From: Dehalococcoidia bacterium
GTDB taxonomy: Bacteria > Chloroflexota > Dehalococcoidia > Lucifugimonadales > UBA3495
Direction of reading: 5' to 3'
Length of the DNA stretch: 64,000 nucleotides
Assembly (NCBI GenBank): GCA_965216025.1
Contig: CBDCEX010000017.1
Span: 455,189 to 519,188, forward strand
The position numbers were made by a program, and so were the translations under genes. Shown piece after piece: positions 1 to 15,089 of the stretch. Every line of letters begins with the position of its first letter. Position 1 is the first letter of the stretch. The notes below the pieces were generated by a model, which saw only the letters and a program-made list of their open reading frames with translations, did not search any database and had not been told where the DNA came from.

Positions 1-3000
1 ATTCGTGGTCTAATCACCCGTTCCTTCACCTTCACCATCAGTTCATCCTTTAGCGTCACCCCCTCGAGTGGGCCCCCAGGAAGCTCAGTAACAGTCAGGG
101 CTTCCGGCTTCAACCCAAGTTCCCAAGTTGACATAACTATGGACGGAGATATTCTGATTACCGCCAGTGCGGACGGTCAGGGCAAAATTCTAACCACGGT
201 GGATATTCCGTCCAATACCTCGGGAGGCTCCAAGTCCATTGGGATTACCGGCCCTTCCGGCTCGGACCAGGCAACCTTCAAGGTTACCGCCATCCTCTCG
301 GTAACCCAATCCCAGGCGTCTCCGGGGGATGTAGTCAGCGTCAGTGGCACCGGATTCAAGTCCGGCGAATCGGGAATTTCAGTGACCTTCGGCGGCACCA
401 GGGTAGCCTCCGGCATCTCCGCCGACTCCCAAGGATTGTGGTCCACCACCTTCGACGTGCCCACCGCCACCGCCGGCACCCACACCATCAAGGCTTCCGG
501 CTCTTCCACCTCGGCGGGCGACGTGAGCCAGGCGTCGATAATCCTGGGAGCCGGTATGCGGGTTGAGCCCACCAGCGGGGTTCCGGGCACGGTGGTAAGG
601 GTCAACGGTTCCGGGGCCCGTTCCCGAGAGCGGATCACGGTGATCGTCGGCAACAATCTGACCAGAGTTGATGTCAACGCCAGCACCAAAGGCGTCTGGT
701 CTGCCGACCTGACCATCCCAACCGCGCCGGGCGGCCGCTTGACCATCGTTGCCTCTGGCTCCAGCGGGAAGGGACCCAGCACCAGCTTTACCGTAACCCC
801 GGCCATTAGCGTGGCCCAGCCCACCGGATTTCCGGGTTCCAGGTTGACCTTGAGGGGAGAGGGGTTCAAGGCCAATGAGTCTGGCATCCCCATCAGCTTT
901 GGGGAAAATAATATCGTAGGCTCCGCTTCGGCCGACCCATTGGGGGCCTGGTCGGTGGAAATTAACATCCCTCTTACCGCCGCCGGGACCTATACCGTCA
1001 GCGTGCCGGGCACCAGCAGCGCCTTGCGGCTACTCTTCAACGTTACCGCCGGAGTGTCCCTCAGCAGCGGGCGGGGCGTGCCCGGCGAAACCGTCACCGT
1101 AATTGGCTCGGGCTTCGAGAGCGACGAAAAGGATATAACCCTGCGGCTGGGCGAGAAAATTGTGGCCAATGGTATCATTGCCAATGCCGACGGGACTTGG
1201 GATTACCAAATAAAAATCCCGCCTTTGTCTGCCGGAACCTACCGGCTCTCCGCCACCGGTTCTCAGACTTCCAGCGCCAACATACAGGAGGACGTGCTGA
1301 TCCTGGGGTCTTTGTTGACCGCTAACATCCTTTCCGGGACACCTGGGATGACCATCAACGTCAGCGGAAAGGGATTTGGCTCCAATGAGCCGGAGATTGA
1401 TATAACCTACGACGGCGAGGTGGTGGTCAAGGGTATCAGCGCCGATGTTTTGGGAGCTTTTGCCAGGTCTTTCGTCGTTCCGCCCTCGCCTTCCGGTACC
1501 CACGTAATTGATGTCAGCCAGTCGGGTGGCTCGGGAGGCGCCAATGGCAGCACTGAGATAGGATTTCAGATCCGGCCTGGAATCACCTTGGAATACACCG
1601 AGGGACCGCCGGGCAAGCAAATCCAAATCTTTGGCGCTGGCTTCGGTACTAATGAGCCGAATATATCCCTACTATACGACGGTAGTCCGGAAGTCTCGGG
1701 GGTAACCGCCGATGCCGTGGGCTCCTTCCAAGAGTCGTTTGATATCCCGCCCTCCGGCGCAGGAACTCATTCAATCCAGGCCAAGAGCCCTTTCTCCGGC
1801 GCCACCGGCACCCGCGAGCAGGACTTTACGGTTTTGCCGAGCCTGGCGCTAAGCGAAACCACCGGTAATGTGGGCCAGGAAGTGATGGTGACAGGGCAGG
1901 GATTTGCCCCGAACTCCGTCGTAACTCTTACCTACAATGAGCTGGACCAAGCGACCGTAACCGGGAACGTCGACAAATCCGGAAACTTCCGTTTGGAGCT
2001 CCAAATACCCGAATCCCGCCAGGGAGACCACATAATAAGGCTAGACGACCTGCAAAACCAGCGGCAGATTTCTTTCACCATTGAAGATACACCGCCGCCA
2101 CCACCTAGTCTGAGAGAGCCTAACGACGGCGGCAGTGGTGGTTTTCTCGGCGGCTTCAAGCCGGCAACCAATTGGTCCGCAGTTGACGACCCCAGCGGCG
2201 TCAGATACACCTTGCAAATAGCCTCCGATCGAGACTTTGACGAAATTATCCTGGAAAAGGAAGGTTTGGAAAATCCGCGGTACACCCTGGCGGAAGAGGA
2301 AAAATTGGCCCGGGGCGACTATTTTTGGCGGGTCAAGGCCGTGGATAAGGCCTCCAATGAAAGCGGGTGGTCCAACTCCCATGCGATGAAGTCGGGATTA
2401 ATGCCCATCTGGCTGCTGGCCATGCTGGTTGGCCTCGGCCTGGTGGCGACGGGTGGGGGCGCCTACGCTTTCATTAACTATCGCCGCCGGCGGGTCAGGG
2501 AAGAGGCGATTCCGCCGGAGTTCATCCGCATCCTTCAGCCGGAAGCGGCTCCGGCTCTGGGAGCGCCCACCGCTGCTCCCAGCTTGGCGGCGCCCACCAG
2601 AAGGGCTCTGCCGAGCCCCTTCCGGAGAGCCCGGGGCTTGTCCCCAGAGGAGCAGGCTCGTCTCCAGATGGTGGTTGATTTTGTGGGCTCCATACCCCTG
2701 CTGGAGATATCTTCAGACCTGGCCTGGCTGGAAGAGATGATCGAGACCATGGGAGGAGTGAAGGAAGAAGTCTATCAGCAGGTCCTGGAAGGGGAAATCA
2801 ATCTGGCCTATCAACCGATTTGGTTGCAACACCCGACCTACGAAGAGCTGCGGCTAATTCCCCAGGCGGAGGCCTTCTTGCAGGGACTGGAGGGTTACAT
2901 TGGTGTGGTAAACGAGTGCGCCTCGGACACGGTGGTTCTATTGAGAAGGATTTCCGGGGACCTGAGCACCGCTCCCCCTCTGGAAACTCTTAGCGGCAAC

Positions 3001-3369
3001 CAGTGGCGTTTCGCCCTCACCGTGGGATTGGGCACCTTGGCCTGGTTCCGCGGCACCTACCTGGGGCAGCCCTCCGGCCGGGACTATCTGATACAGGAGG
3101 GAGACGTCTCTGAAACCTGGGATTCCGACGAGCCGCCTCCGATGGAGCTGCACGGCGCGGAGGCCAGTCCCTTCCCGGGACTGATCCTGGAGGGGTTGAG
3201 CGAGGAGGATGCCAATTTCTTCCGCGACCTGCACATCCAGTTCCGGATTAGTTACCGCACTTACGAGCAGGCGCGCATCCTGGCCGCCAGGCTGGCCTCC
3301 ACCGACGCTATGCGGGCCCAGATTACCCAGGGGATATCCCAGCTAGGCCAGCTATCGCAGCGCCAATAG
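1..3369 (+). CDS. Large single-pass cell-surface protein (5' partial): at least 8 IPT/TIG-like Ig-fold repeats, an Fn3-like module, a TM helix and a ~300-aa cytoplasmic tail
   Basis: Frame 1 is open from nt 1 (..FSVTPSSGPPGSSVTVRASGF..) into the 139..3369 ORF. An ~85-aa unit GxPGxxVxVxGxGF...ISADxxGxWSxxFxVPxxxAGxHxI recurs at least 8 times. It is followed by a PPPPP linker, YFWRVKAVDKASNESGWS, the TM helix IWLLAMLVGLGLVATGGGAYAFI + RRRR, and a non-repetitive tail. Confidence 0.75.
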   Translation: MRGLITRSFTFTISSSFSVTPSSGPPGSSVTVRASGFNPSSQVDITMDGDILITASADGQGKILTTVDIPSNTSGGSKSIGITGPSGSDQATFKVTAILSVTQSQASPGDVVSVSGTGFKSGESGISVTFGGTRVASGISADSQGLWSTTFDVPTATAGTHTIKASGSSTSAGDVSQASIILGAGMRVEPTSGVPGTVVRVNGSGARSRERITVIVGNNLTRVDVNASTKGVWSADLTIPTAPGGRLTIVASGSSGKGPSTSFTVTPAISVAQPTGFPGSRLTLRGEGFKANESGIPISFGENNIVGSASADPLGAWSVEINIPLTAAGTYTVSVPGTSSALRLLFNVTAGVSLSSGRGVPGETVTVIGSGFESDEKDITLRLGEKIVANGIIANADGTWDYQIKIPPLSAGTYRLSATGSQTSSANIQEDVLILGSLLTANILSGTPGMTINVSGKGFGSNEPEIDITYDGEVVVKGISADVLGAFARSFVVPPSPSGTHVIDVSQSGGSGGANGSTEIGFQIRPGITLEYTEGPPGKQIQIFGAGFGTNEPNISLLYDGSPEVSGVTADAVGSFQESFDIPPSGAGTHSIQAKSPFSGATGTREQDFTVLPSLALSETTGNVGQEVMVTGQGFAPNSVVTLTYNELDQATVTGNVDKSGNFRLELQIPESRQGDHIIRLDDLQNQRQISFTIEDTPPPPPSLREPNDGGSGGFLGGFKPATNWSAVDDPSGVRYTLQIASDRDFDEIILEKEGLENPRYTLAEEEKLARGDYFWRVKAVDKASNESGWSNSHAMKSGLMPIWLLAMLVGLGLVATGGGAYAFINYRRRRVREEAIPPEFIRILQPEAAPALGAPTAAPSLAAPTRRALPSPFRRARGLSPEEQARLQMVVDFVGSIPLLEISSDLAWLEEMIETMGGVKEEVYQQVLEGEINLAYQPIWLQHPTYEELRLIPQAEAFLQGLEGYIGVVNECASDTVVLLRRISGDLSTAPPLETLSGNQWRFALTVGLGTLAWFRGTYLGQPSGRDYLIQEGDVSETWDSDEPPPMELHGAEASPFPGLILEGLSEEDANFFRDLHIQFRISYRTYEQARILAARLASTDAMRAQITQGISQLGQLSQRQ

Positions 3370-3692
3370 GCTGAGGGCCACGGACGCCGGCAGAAGAAGC
3401 GCCCCGACCGGGCTCTATTCTGCCGGGCGCCGCCCGCTGCCACGCTTTGCTGCCCGCAGCGGGAAAATTCCTCCGAACGCAGATCGGCCAATTCTCGGCA
3501 TCCTTCCTCGGGCCTCAGGCCTCAGGCGCTTTTTGATTTGGATAGAGCGCGCGGTAGACCGCAGGCGTATACTAGGGTTGCGGCTGCTGGGAGGATTCCA
3601 GTGGCCTTCCCATCTTCCCCAAGCCGCAGCGGTACCAGTTACTGAGCCTTGAATCAAGAGCTAACCCCTGTCGGAGACCCCACCGCTTGGGT

Positions 3693-3737
3693 AAATCCCC
3701 CATATCCCCTTTTTAAAAGGGGGACTGAGGGGGATTT
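3693..3737. repeat. Nested intergenic palindrome (AAATCCCCC...GGGGGATTT around CCCCTTTTTAAAAGGGG)
   Basis: The inverted arms are read directly from the sequence. It looks like a REP-type hairpin element. Function unknown. Confidence 0.4.
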
Positions 3738-3796
3738 GGAGCTTACAAGCTTAGAACTATTGTCAAGGTGCCAGCTAAGTCTAGGGTCTTTCGTTT

Positions 3797-3871
3797 GTCA
3801 TTGCGAGCGCCGCAGCCCCGAAGCAATCTTATCAAGGTAGGTAGAGATTGCATCGCTTCGCTCGCAATGAC
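3797..3871. repeat. Long imperfect palindrome (GTCATTGCGAGCG ... CGCTCGCAATGAC)
   Basis: Perfect 13-bp outer arms at 3797-3809 and 3859-3871, with inner partial pairing (GAAGCAATCT / AGATTGC). It is intergenic, upstream of the NUDIX gene. Confidence 0.5.
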
Positions 3872-3942
3872 AGTGAGGAGAACCGAAAGACTCTGCAGCT
3901 AAGTCGGGTTCGGTTGATAAATAAAGCTAAGGATGAGCAAGC

Positions 3943-4443
3943 ATGCCGCTGCCGGAACGTTACAACACCGGATATAACGTCGGAGTGGGTGGGGCCGTGG
4001 TCCGCGATGATCGCCTCCTAATGGTGCGGCGGGCATCCCGCCGGGGTAGAGGTAATTGGCAAGTGCCCGGCGGGTTTGTCGAGCAAGACGAAACCATAGA
4101 ACAGGCAGTGGTTCGGGAGGTGGCCGAGGAGGCCGGAGTTGAAACCCAAGTGCAGGGCGTGCTGGGGGTACGGAACCGCTATGATCCCGATAACGGCAAC
4201 AGTCTTTATATAGTATTATTGCTAAACCCATTAGAGGGCGATGGTAAGGGCGACCCTCAAACCGACCAGCAAGAAGTGGATCGGGCCGAATATTTCACCT
4301 TAGAAGAAATCCTGGCGCTGCCTCAGGTACCCGCCATTAATCTGGAGGTCGCCAGGCGGGCGCTCGCAGAGGACCGGCGGCTGCTCAACCCTCAGATTTT
4401 GAGCCACGTCTCCGGCTCCACCTATACGTTGTTCGTTGGGTAA
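3943..4443 (+). CDS. NUDIX hydrolase
   Basis: Canonical Nudix box Gx5Ex7REUxEExGU in GFVEQDETIEQAVVREVAEEAGV. Confidence 0.9.
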   Translation: MPLPERYNTGYNVGVGGAVVRDDRLLMVRRASRRGRGNWQVPGGFVEQDETIEQAVVREVAEEAGVETQVQGVLGVRNRYDPDNGNSLYIVLLLNPLEGDGKGDPQTDQQEVDRAEYFTLEEILALPQVPAINLEVARRALAEDRRLLNPQILSHVSGSTYTLFVG

Positions 4444-4493
4444 AGGGAGCCTGAAAAGCCGCATCTGCAACACTCCCTACCGCAAATAGGAGA

Positions 4494-5543
4494 ATGACCA
4501 TGAACGTCGGCCTGTTTTTGGAGTTTCCCCGCCGAGAGAACGCCACCTATCAGGAAGCTTTTCAAGAAGGGTTTGCCCTGGTGGATGAAGCAGAGTCTTT
4601 GGGGGTGCAGACGGTTTGGCTGGCGGAATACCACTTCAACGCCGGCCGGGTGCTCTCCGCTCCGATAACCATCGCCAGCGCCCTGGCGGCCCGCACCCAA
4701 GACATCCGGATTGGTCTGGCGGTCCATATCCTCCCCCTGGGAAATCCGGTGCGTATCGCCGAAGAGATAGCCACCCTGGACCACATCAGCCAGGGGAGGA
4801 TCGAGTTCGGCGTCGGTCGGGGCACCTTTCCCAATGTGCATGAAGGTTACGGCGTGCCCTTCATCGAGAGCCGGGGCCGGTTCGAGGAATCCCTGGAAAT
4901 AATAACCAGGGCTTGGACTACAGAAAGCTTCTCCTTCACGGGAGAGTATTACCAATGCCAGGATCTGGACATTGAGCCGAAACCGTTGCAAGAACCCTTT
5001 CCTCCCATCCGGGTGGGTGTCACTTCCGCTGAATCCTTCCCAATAGTCGGCCGCATGGGCTTCCCCATATTCGTCAACCCTTCTCGGGTGTTTACTCTGG
5101 ATGATTTGGCCGGGCCCATTCAGCAGTATCGTCAGGCCTGGAAAAACGCCGGCCATGAAGGGGAGGGCGAGGTTGGGGTCCGAGTGCCGATTTACGTGGC
5201 GGCCACCGCCGAGGCAGCCTACGCCGACCCCCAGCAGAGCGCCATGTTTTCGGTGCAGCGCTTGGGAAAGCGGGTAGGCAGCTACGCGACCTACGGAGGC
5301 ACCACCGGCAACTGGGGCGCCGAGAGCGAGCACATCTTGGGCATGAGCTACGATGACTGGCTGCGGGATAAGGTAGTGTATGGCACTCCTGAAGCCGTTA
5401 CGGAACGGCTTCAGCGGCTGAAAAAGGTACTGGGCTTGGACCACCTGGTTTTCGAGATCAACTACGGTAACCAGCTGTCCCACGACCAGCAGCTCAATTC
5501 TCTAAGGATGTTCAATAAGGAAGTGCTTCCGCAGCTGGATTAG
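4494..5543 (+). CDS. LLM-class (luciferase-like) flavin/F420-dependent oxidoreductase
   Basis: Family-typical N-terminus MNVGLFLEFP...LGVQTVWLAEYHF. Length and the DHISQGRIEFGVGRG segment are also typical of LLM monooxygenases. Confidence 0.85.
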   Translation: MTMNVGLFLEFPRRENATYQEAFQEGFALVDEAESLGVQTVWLAEYHFNAGRVLSAPITIASALAARTQDIRIGLAVHILPLGNPVRIAEEIATLDHISQGRIEFGVGRGTFPNVHEGYGVPFIESRGRFEESLEIITRAWTTESFSFTGEYYQCQDLDIEPKPLQEPFPPIRVGVTSAESFPIVGRMGFPIFVNPSRVFTLDDLAGPIQQYRQAWKNAGHEGEGEVGVRVPIYVAATAEAAYADPQQSAMFSVQRLGKRVGSYATYGGTTGNWGAESEHILGMSYDDWLRDKVVYGTPEAVTERLQRLKKVLGLDHLVFEINYGNQLSHDQQLNSLRMFNKEVLPQLD

Positions 5544-5768
5544 CCGCGCCCCATTTAATTTGCCTTACTCTGGCCGGTCCCGACCTTAGCTTGACACCCG
5601 GCCCTTCTGGGAAGGAGGAGAGGTTGGACCGAGTCTCAGGATAGTTTGTGCAGCGGGTGCCCCGCTCCAAAGTACATTTTCGTCCCGGCTGGTTACACTA
5701 GCATCACCCTTCAGCAGGTCGCCCGCCGGCAGCATCAGTAATACCAACAAAATCCAAAGAGCAGACCC

Positions 5769-5796
5769 TTGACAATAATTGGAAAATGGTTATAAT
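5769..5796 (+). promoter_or_regulatory. Sigma70-type promoter upstream of rpoB
   Basis: TTGACA (5769-5774), 16-nt spacer, TATAAT (5791-5796), about 135 nt before the rpoB ATG at 5931. Confidence 0.6.
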
Positions 5797-5930
5797 GGTG
5801 GGTTACTGCTATATGCCACAAGTAGCAACTTTTCCCACCCCGCCGGTATCCCCAGACCCTAATATCTGTTTGCCCATACCCTGCGCGTCCCAGTGCCTGT
5901 TCCCCTATTCTTAGCTACGGAGAGAGGACA

Positions 5931-8900
5931 ATGAGCATTTCTCCTGCTCTGCCTGTGCCCACCTTGAAGTCGTCCCCGGTCAAATCTTACGCTCAAATTC
6001 CCCAGGTCGTGGATGTCCCCAACTTGATCCAGAGCCAACTGCAATCTTACCAGTGGTTGAAAACCGAGGGATTGCAGGAAGTTTACCTGGAAGTATCTCC
6101 CATTTCCGACTACACCGGTAATTTCTCCTGCTCTGCCTGTGCCCAAGTCGTCCCCGGTCAAATCTTACGCTCAAATTCCCCAAGTACGAGCTGCACAGTG
6201 GTTTTGGACCATCTTTTTCCGGGATCCCAAGTACTCCCCTGCCGAGTGTAAGGATCGGGAAATTACCTTCGCTGTGCCCCTTTACGTGAAGACTCGGCTG
6301 GTGATGAAGGAAACCGGAGAGATCAAAGAGCAGGAAATCTTCATGGGTGATATACCCATGATGACGGATAACGGCACCTTCATTATCAATGGCGCCGAGC
6401 GGGTCGTGGTCAGCCAGTTGGTACGCTCACCCGGGGTTTACTTTGTCTACGAGAAGAACCTGGCCAGCGACCGTAATCTCTGCTTCGGCAAGCTTATCCC
6501 GTCGCGGGGGGCCTGGCTGGAGTTCGAAACCAGCGCCAAGGACATCCTTTCGGTTAAGGTGGACCGCAAGCGCAAGGTTTCGGCAACCTCCTTCCTGAGG
6601 GCACTGGGTGTGGCCTCGGATGAGGAATTGCTGGACCTCTTCAAAGATGTGGACACCGATGAAAACCATAAATACATCGTTTCCACCCTGGAGCGGGACC
6701 CGGTCTTTGACGAAAAGGACACCCACTTCCGGCAAGACGATCTCCATGCCATATGGGAATGGCTGAGGCCGGATCAGGAGTACGATGCCACGTTGGCCAA
6801 GCGGATGGCCGTGGCCCAGATTGAATTTTACCGGCGCCTGCGGCCCGGCGAACCTCCCAGTCTGGAAAACGCCCGCACGTTAATTAAAAGCCTTTTCTTC
6901 GACCCCCGGCGGTATGACCTGGGACGGGTAGGCCGGTACAAGCTTAATCGGCGTCTGGGCCAGACCGACAACGCGGATTTGAGAGTGCTGACCCTGGGAG
7001 ACATGATCTCGGTTATCCGCACCATGATCAAAGTTAATCGGGGTGAAGGACGCCCCGACGACATCGACCATCTGGGTAACCGGCGGGTTCGTGCGGTAGG
7101 CGAGTTGGTCCAGAATCAGGTTCGGGTCGGCCTCCTCCGAATGGAGCGCATGGTCAAGGAAAAGATGACCCTGGTCGACCCCGAAGCGGCCGCACCCCAG
7201 GGTCTGGTAAATATTCGGCCGGTGGTGGCGGCAGTACGGGAGTTCTTCGGAGGATCCCAGCTGTCCCAATTCATGGACCAAACCAATCCTCTGGCCGAGC
7301 TGACCCACAAGCGGCGGCTTTCCGCCCTGGGACCGGGCGGATTGTCCCGGGAGCGGGCCGGTTTTGACGTTCGTGACGTTCACTTCTCCCACTATGGGCG
7401 AATTTGCCCCATAGAAACTCCAGAAGGTCCCAATATCGGATTGCTCAGCTCGCTGGCTTCCTATGCCCGCACGAATCCCTACGGGTTCATTGAATCGCCC
7501 TACCGGCGCGTGCTCAAAACCCTGCCCAGCGCCTCCAACGACTTGGTCGGCCGCACGGTACGGGAAGCGGTGGTAGATGATTCCGGGCGAGTAGTTGTGG
7601 CCAAGGGACGCCACATCAGCAAGGCCAAGGCCGCCCAGATCAACCAATTGCCCAAGGACACCATGATTCAGGTTCGCCCCTACGTGGTGAGGGGAGATGA
7701 CGAGGTAGTCTATCTTTCCGCCGATCAGGAGGAAACCTACCGGGTAGCTCAGGCCAACTCGGCGCTGGATGAACTGAACCAATTTGTTGATGACCGGGTA
7801 GAGGTCCGAGAGGGGGAGAATTATATTCAGGAGTCGCCGGAGACTGTGGAATTGATGGATGTCTCTCCGATGCAGATCATGAGCGTCTCCGCCGCCTTGA
7901 TTCCCTTCCTGGAGCACGACGACGCCAACCGGGCTCTGATGGGTTCCAACATGCAGCGCCAGGCGGTGCCGCTGTTGCGACCCCAAGCGCCGGTGGTCGG
8001 CACCGGTATCGAGAGTCGGGTAGCCCAAGACAGCGGCCAAGTGGTGCTGGCCCAGGAATCGGGAGTGGTGACTTCAGTAAATGGCCGGGAGATTGTAATC
8101 ACCGACTCGGAAGGTGAAAAGCACCAACATCATTTGATGAAGTTCACTCGCACTAACCAGGGTACCTGTTTCGACCAGCGACCGGTAGTTCGCAAGGGAG
8201 ACCTGGTGAAAAGGGGCGATACGCTGGCGGATAGCTCTTCCACCGAAAATGGGGAGTTGGCGCTGGGCCAGAACATCCTGGTGGCGTTTATGTCCTGGGA
8301 GGGCTACAACTACGAGGATGCCATCATCCTCAGCGAGCGTCTGGTCAAAGATGACATGTTCACCTCGATTCACATCGAAAAGCACGAGATGGAGGCCCGG
8401 GAGACCAAGCTGGGCCCGGAAGAGATAACCCGCGATATCCCCAACGTGGGCGAAGCCAGCCTGAGAGATTTGGACGATATGGGCATAATCCGGGTGGGCG
8501 CCGATGTCGGCCCCGGGGACATCCTGGTCGGCAAGGTTACTCCCAAGGGAGAAACGGAGCTGACCGCTGAAGAGAAGCTCCTGCGTGCCATCTTCGGTGA
8601 AAAATCGCGAGATGTGAAGGACACTTCTCTTAGGGTTCCCCACGGTGAGCGAGGCAAGGTCATTGAGGTTAAGGTCCTCAGCCGGGCCAATCGCGACGAC
8701 CTGCCCCCCGGCGTTAACGAAGCGGTAAGGGTCTGGATCGCCCAGACCCGGAAGATCTCCGTAGGGGACAAGATGGCCGGACGGCACGGAAACAAGGGCG
8801 TCGTGTCCCGCATCCTTCCCCAAGAGGACATGCCTTTCCTGGAGGACGGGACTCCGGTAGACATCATACTAAATCCCATCGGAGTGCCCTCCCGAATGAA

Positions 8901-9723
8901 TCTGGGGCAGGTGCTGGAGACCCATTTGGGTTGGGCCGCCCGCGGCCTGAATTTCCAGGCCCGAACCCCGGTATTTGACGGGGCCCACGACGACTCTATC
9001 GAGGATTCGCTGGGACGGCTATGGTTCGCGGAGCGGGCGGGTGCTATTGACCCGGCTCCCAGCGAATGGTCGCCGGAGATCGACTACCCCAAGCTGGAAA
9101 AGTGGCTGGAGGAACGGGGCTACGACGGCGCCAGGCTGTTTGACGACAGCATCAAGGGAGAGGCCAGAGAGGCTTGCCTCCGGCTGTGGTTGAAGGATAT
9201 GGCCGAAGTGGACCCGGAGGGAATGACCGTCGACGAGATGCATCAGCAGGCCCTCGTAATCCATCGGGAGCGGCGGATAGCCCCTCCCACCTTCGGCAAA
9301 TTCCAGCTTTACGACGGGCGTTCGGGCGAGCCCTTCGACCAGTTGGTGACCGTGGGCAGCATATACATGCTCAAGCTAATCCACCTGGTTGAGGACAAGA
9401 TCCACGCCCGTTCCACTGGGCCTTACTCAATGATTACCCAGCAGCCTCTCGGCGGCAAGGCCCAGTTTGGGGGCCAGAGATTTGGAGAGATGGAGGTCTG
9501 GGCTTTGGAGGCTTACAGCGCTGCCTACAATTTGCAGGAGGTGCTGACGGTTAAATCCGACGACGTGGCTGGAAGAGTAAAGACCTATGAGGCCATCGTG
9601 AAGGGTGAGCCCATCGGCCAACCCGGCGTACCCGAATCCTTCAACGTGCTGCTTAAGGAATTACAGAGTCTGGGTTTGGCGGTGGAGTTGCTGAACGAGG
9701 AGGAGCGGGTTCCGCTGGCCTAG
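5931..9723 (+). CDS. rpoB: DNA-directed RNA polymerase beta subunit, with its 5' region disrupted by an internal 62-bp duplicate
   Basis: The 5931 ORF encodes the conserved RpoB N-terminus ([46 protein letters not shown]). The body lies in 6139..9723 ([45 protein letters not shown]). The two parts are out of frame. Confidence 0.9.
6121..6182 (+). repeat. Displaced direct copy of rpoB nt 5937-6004
   Basis: ATTTCTCCTGCTCTGCCTGTGCCCA[CCTTGA]AGTCGTCCCCGGTCAAATCTTACGCTCAAATTCCCCA occurs at 5937-6004 and again at 6121-6182. The second copy lacks the bracketed 6 nt. Confidence 0.9.
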
Positions 9724-9783
9724 TCGCCAGCCTTAGATGGTTACTGATTCAAGCGAGGAATTTCAGCCCTTGGAGGCGTTTTA

Positions 9784-14055
<4,272 letters not shown>

Positions 14056-14068
14056 CCGGTAGTCGAGG

Positions 14069-15058
14069 GTGGTGGTGGCAAGAGGAGAGCTAGACCTATC
14101 GGTGGACCTGGCGCCCAGGCATGGTCATCACCTGAGGCTGGGAAACCCGGTGATGATCGCCTCCGGTACCTTCGGCTATGACGGCTACGGTAGGGGCATA
14201 CCCGAGGCCATGGACTTGGGCCAACTGGGTGCGGTCATCCCCAAGACTGTTACCCGCTGGCCCAGAGAGGGCAATCCCGAGCCCCGTTGGTATCCATCCT
14301 CCTATAGAGAGGGGCGGGAAGCCGGCGAGTGCGTATACCTCAACTCCATAGGCCTGGCTAACCCGGGGATTGAGGGCGCCCTGACAAACCTGGCCCCGAT
14401 GTGGGCCCAGTGGAACGCTACCGTCATCCTCAGCCTTTCCGCCAGCAGCGTGGGCGAATTTGGCGAGATGGCGGCCATGACCCGGGGGGTATCCGGTTTT
14501 CAAGCCCTGGAGTTGAACCTCAGCTGCCCCAACATCGAGAGTGGCGCCCTGTTTTCCCACAGTGCCGAACTTACCGGAGCGGCGGTGGAGGCGGTCCGGG
14601 GTAACAGTGACCTACCAATCCTGGTCAAGCTGGCGCCCAACATTCCCGACATCTCCCCCATCGCCCAGTCCGCCGAGCAGGCCGGCGCCGACGCCCTAAC
14701 CATTTCCAACACCATTCCAGCCATGACCATCGATGTTACCTCCCGCACGCCGGTGCTGGGAGCGATTACTGGGGGATTGTCCGGGCCGGGTTTGCAACCG
14801 GTAGCTTTAGCGTTGGTGTATCGGGCGGTCCAGGTGGTGGACCTGCCCGTAATAGGAGTGGGAGGTATCTTCTCCGCCGAGGACGCTCTCCGGTACTTTA
14901 TGGCCGGCGCTACGGCGGTCCAGATAGGTAGCGCCAACCTGGCCGACCTCTGGGCCCCGCTGAACATTTTGCGCCAGCTGGAAGGCTTTCTAAGAGAAGA
15001 GGGAGTCGGTAATCTTAAAGAAATCATCGGCGCTGCCCAGGTCAAGGCGCCGGTGTAA
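14069..15058 (+). CDS. pyrD: Dihydroorotate dehydrogenase, class 1 catalytic subunit
   Basis: LELNLSCPN, VKLAPN, GGLSGP and IGVGGI motifs in canonical order. Confidence 0.85.
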   Translation: MVVARGELDLSVDLAPRHGHHLRLGNPVMIASGTFGYDGYGRGIPEAMDLGQLGAVIPKTVTRWPREGNPEPRWYPSSYREGREAGECVYLNSIGLANPGIEGALTNLAPMWAQWNATVILSLSASSVGEFGEMAAMTRGVSGFQALELNLSCPNIESGALFSHSAELTGAAVEAVRGNSDLPILVKLAPNIPDISPIAQSAEQAGADALTISNTIPAMTIDVTSRTPVLGAITGGLSGPGLQPVALALVYRAVQVVDLPVIGVGGIFSAEDALRYFMAGATAVQIGSANLADLWAPLNILRQLEGFLREEGVGNLKEIIGAAQVKAPV

Positions 15059-15089
15059 CTACCATTTGGTCCGGCTGCGGGTGTTCTCT

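Noticed and set aside
6880-8040. Long antisense or overlapping ORFs inside rpoB, rpoC, clpC and cas genes (for example 6880-8040 -, 13141-14043 -, 18435-19604 +, 41046-42230 -, 60395-61231 +).
   Set aside because: They overlap strongly conserved genes on the other strand or frame. Their products are low-complexity, Arg/Pro/Gly-rich and carry no motifs. These are typical shadow ORFs of GC-rich DNA.
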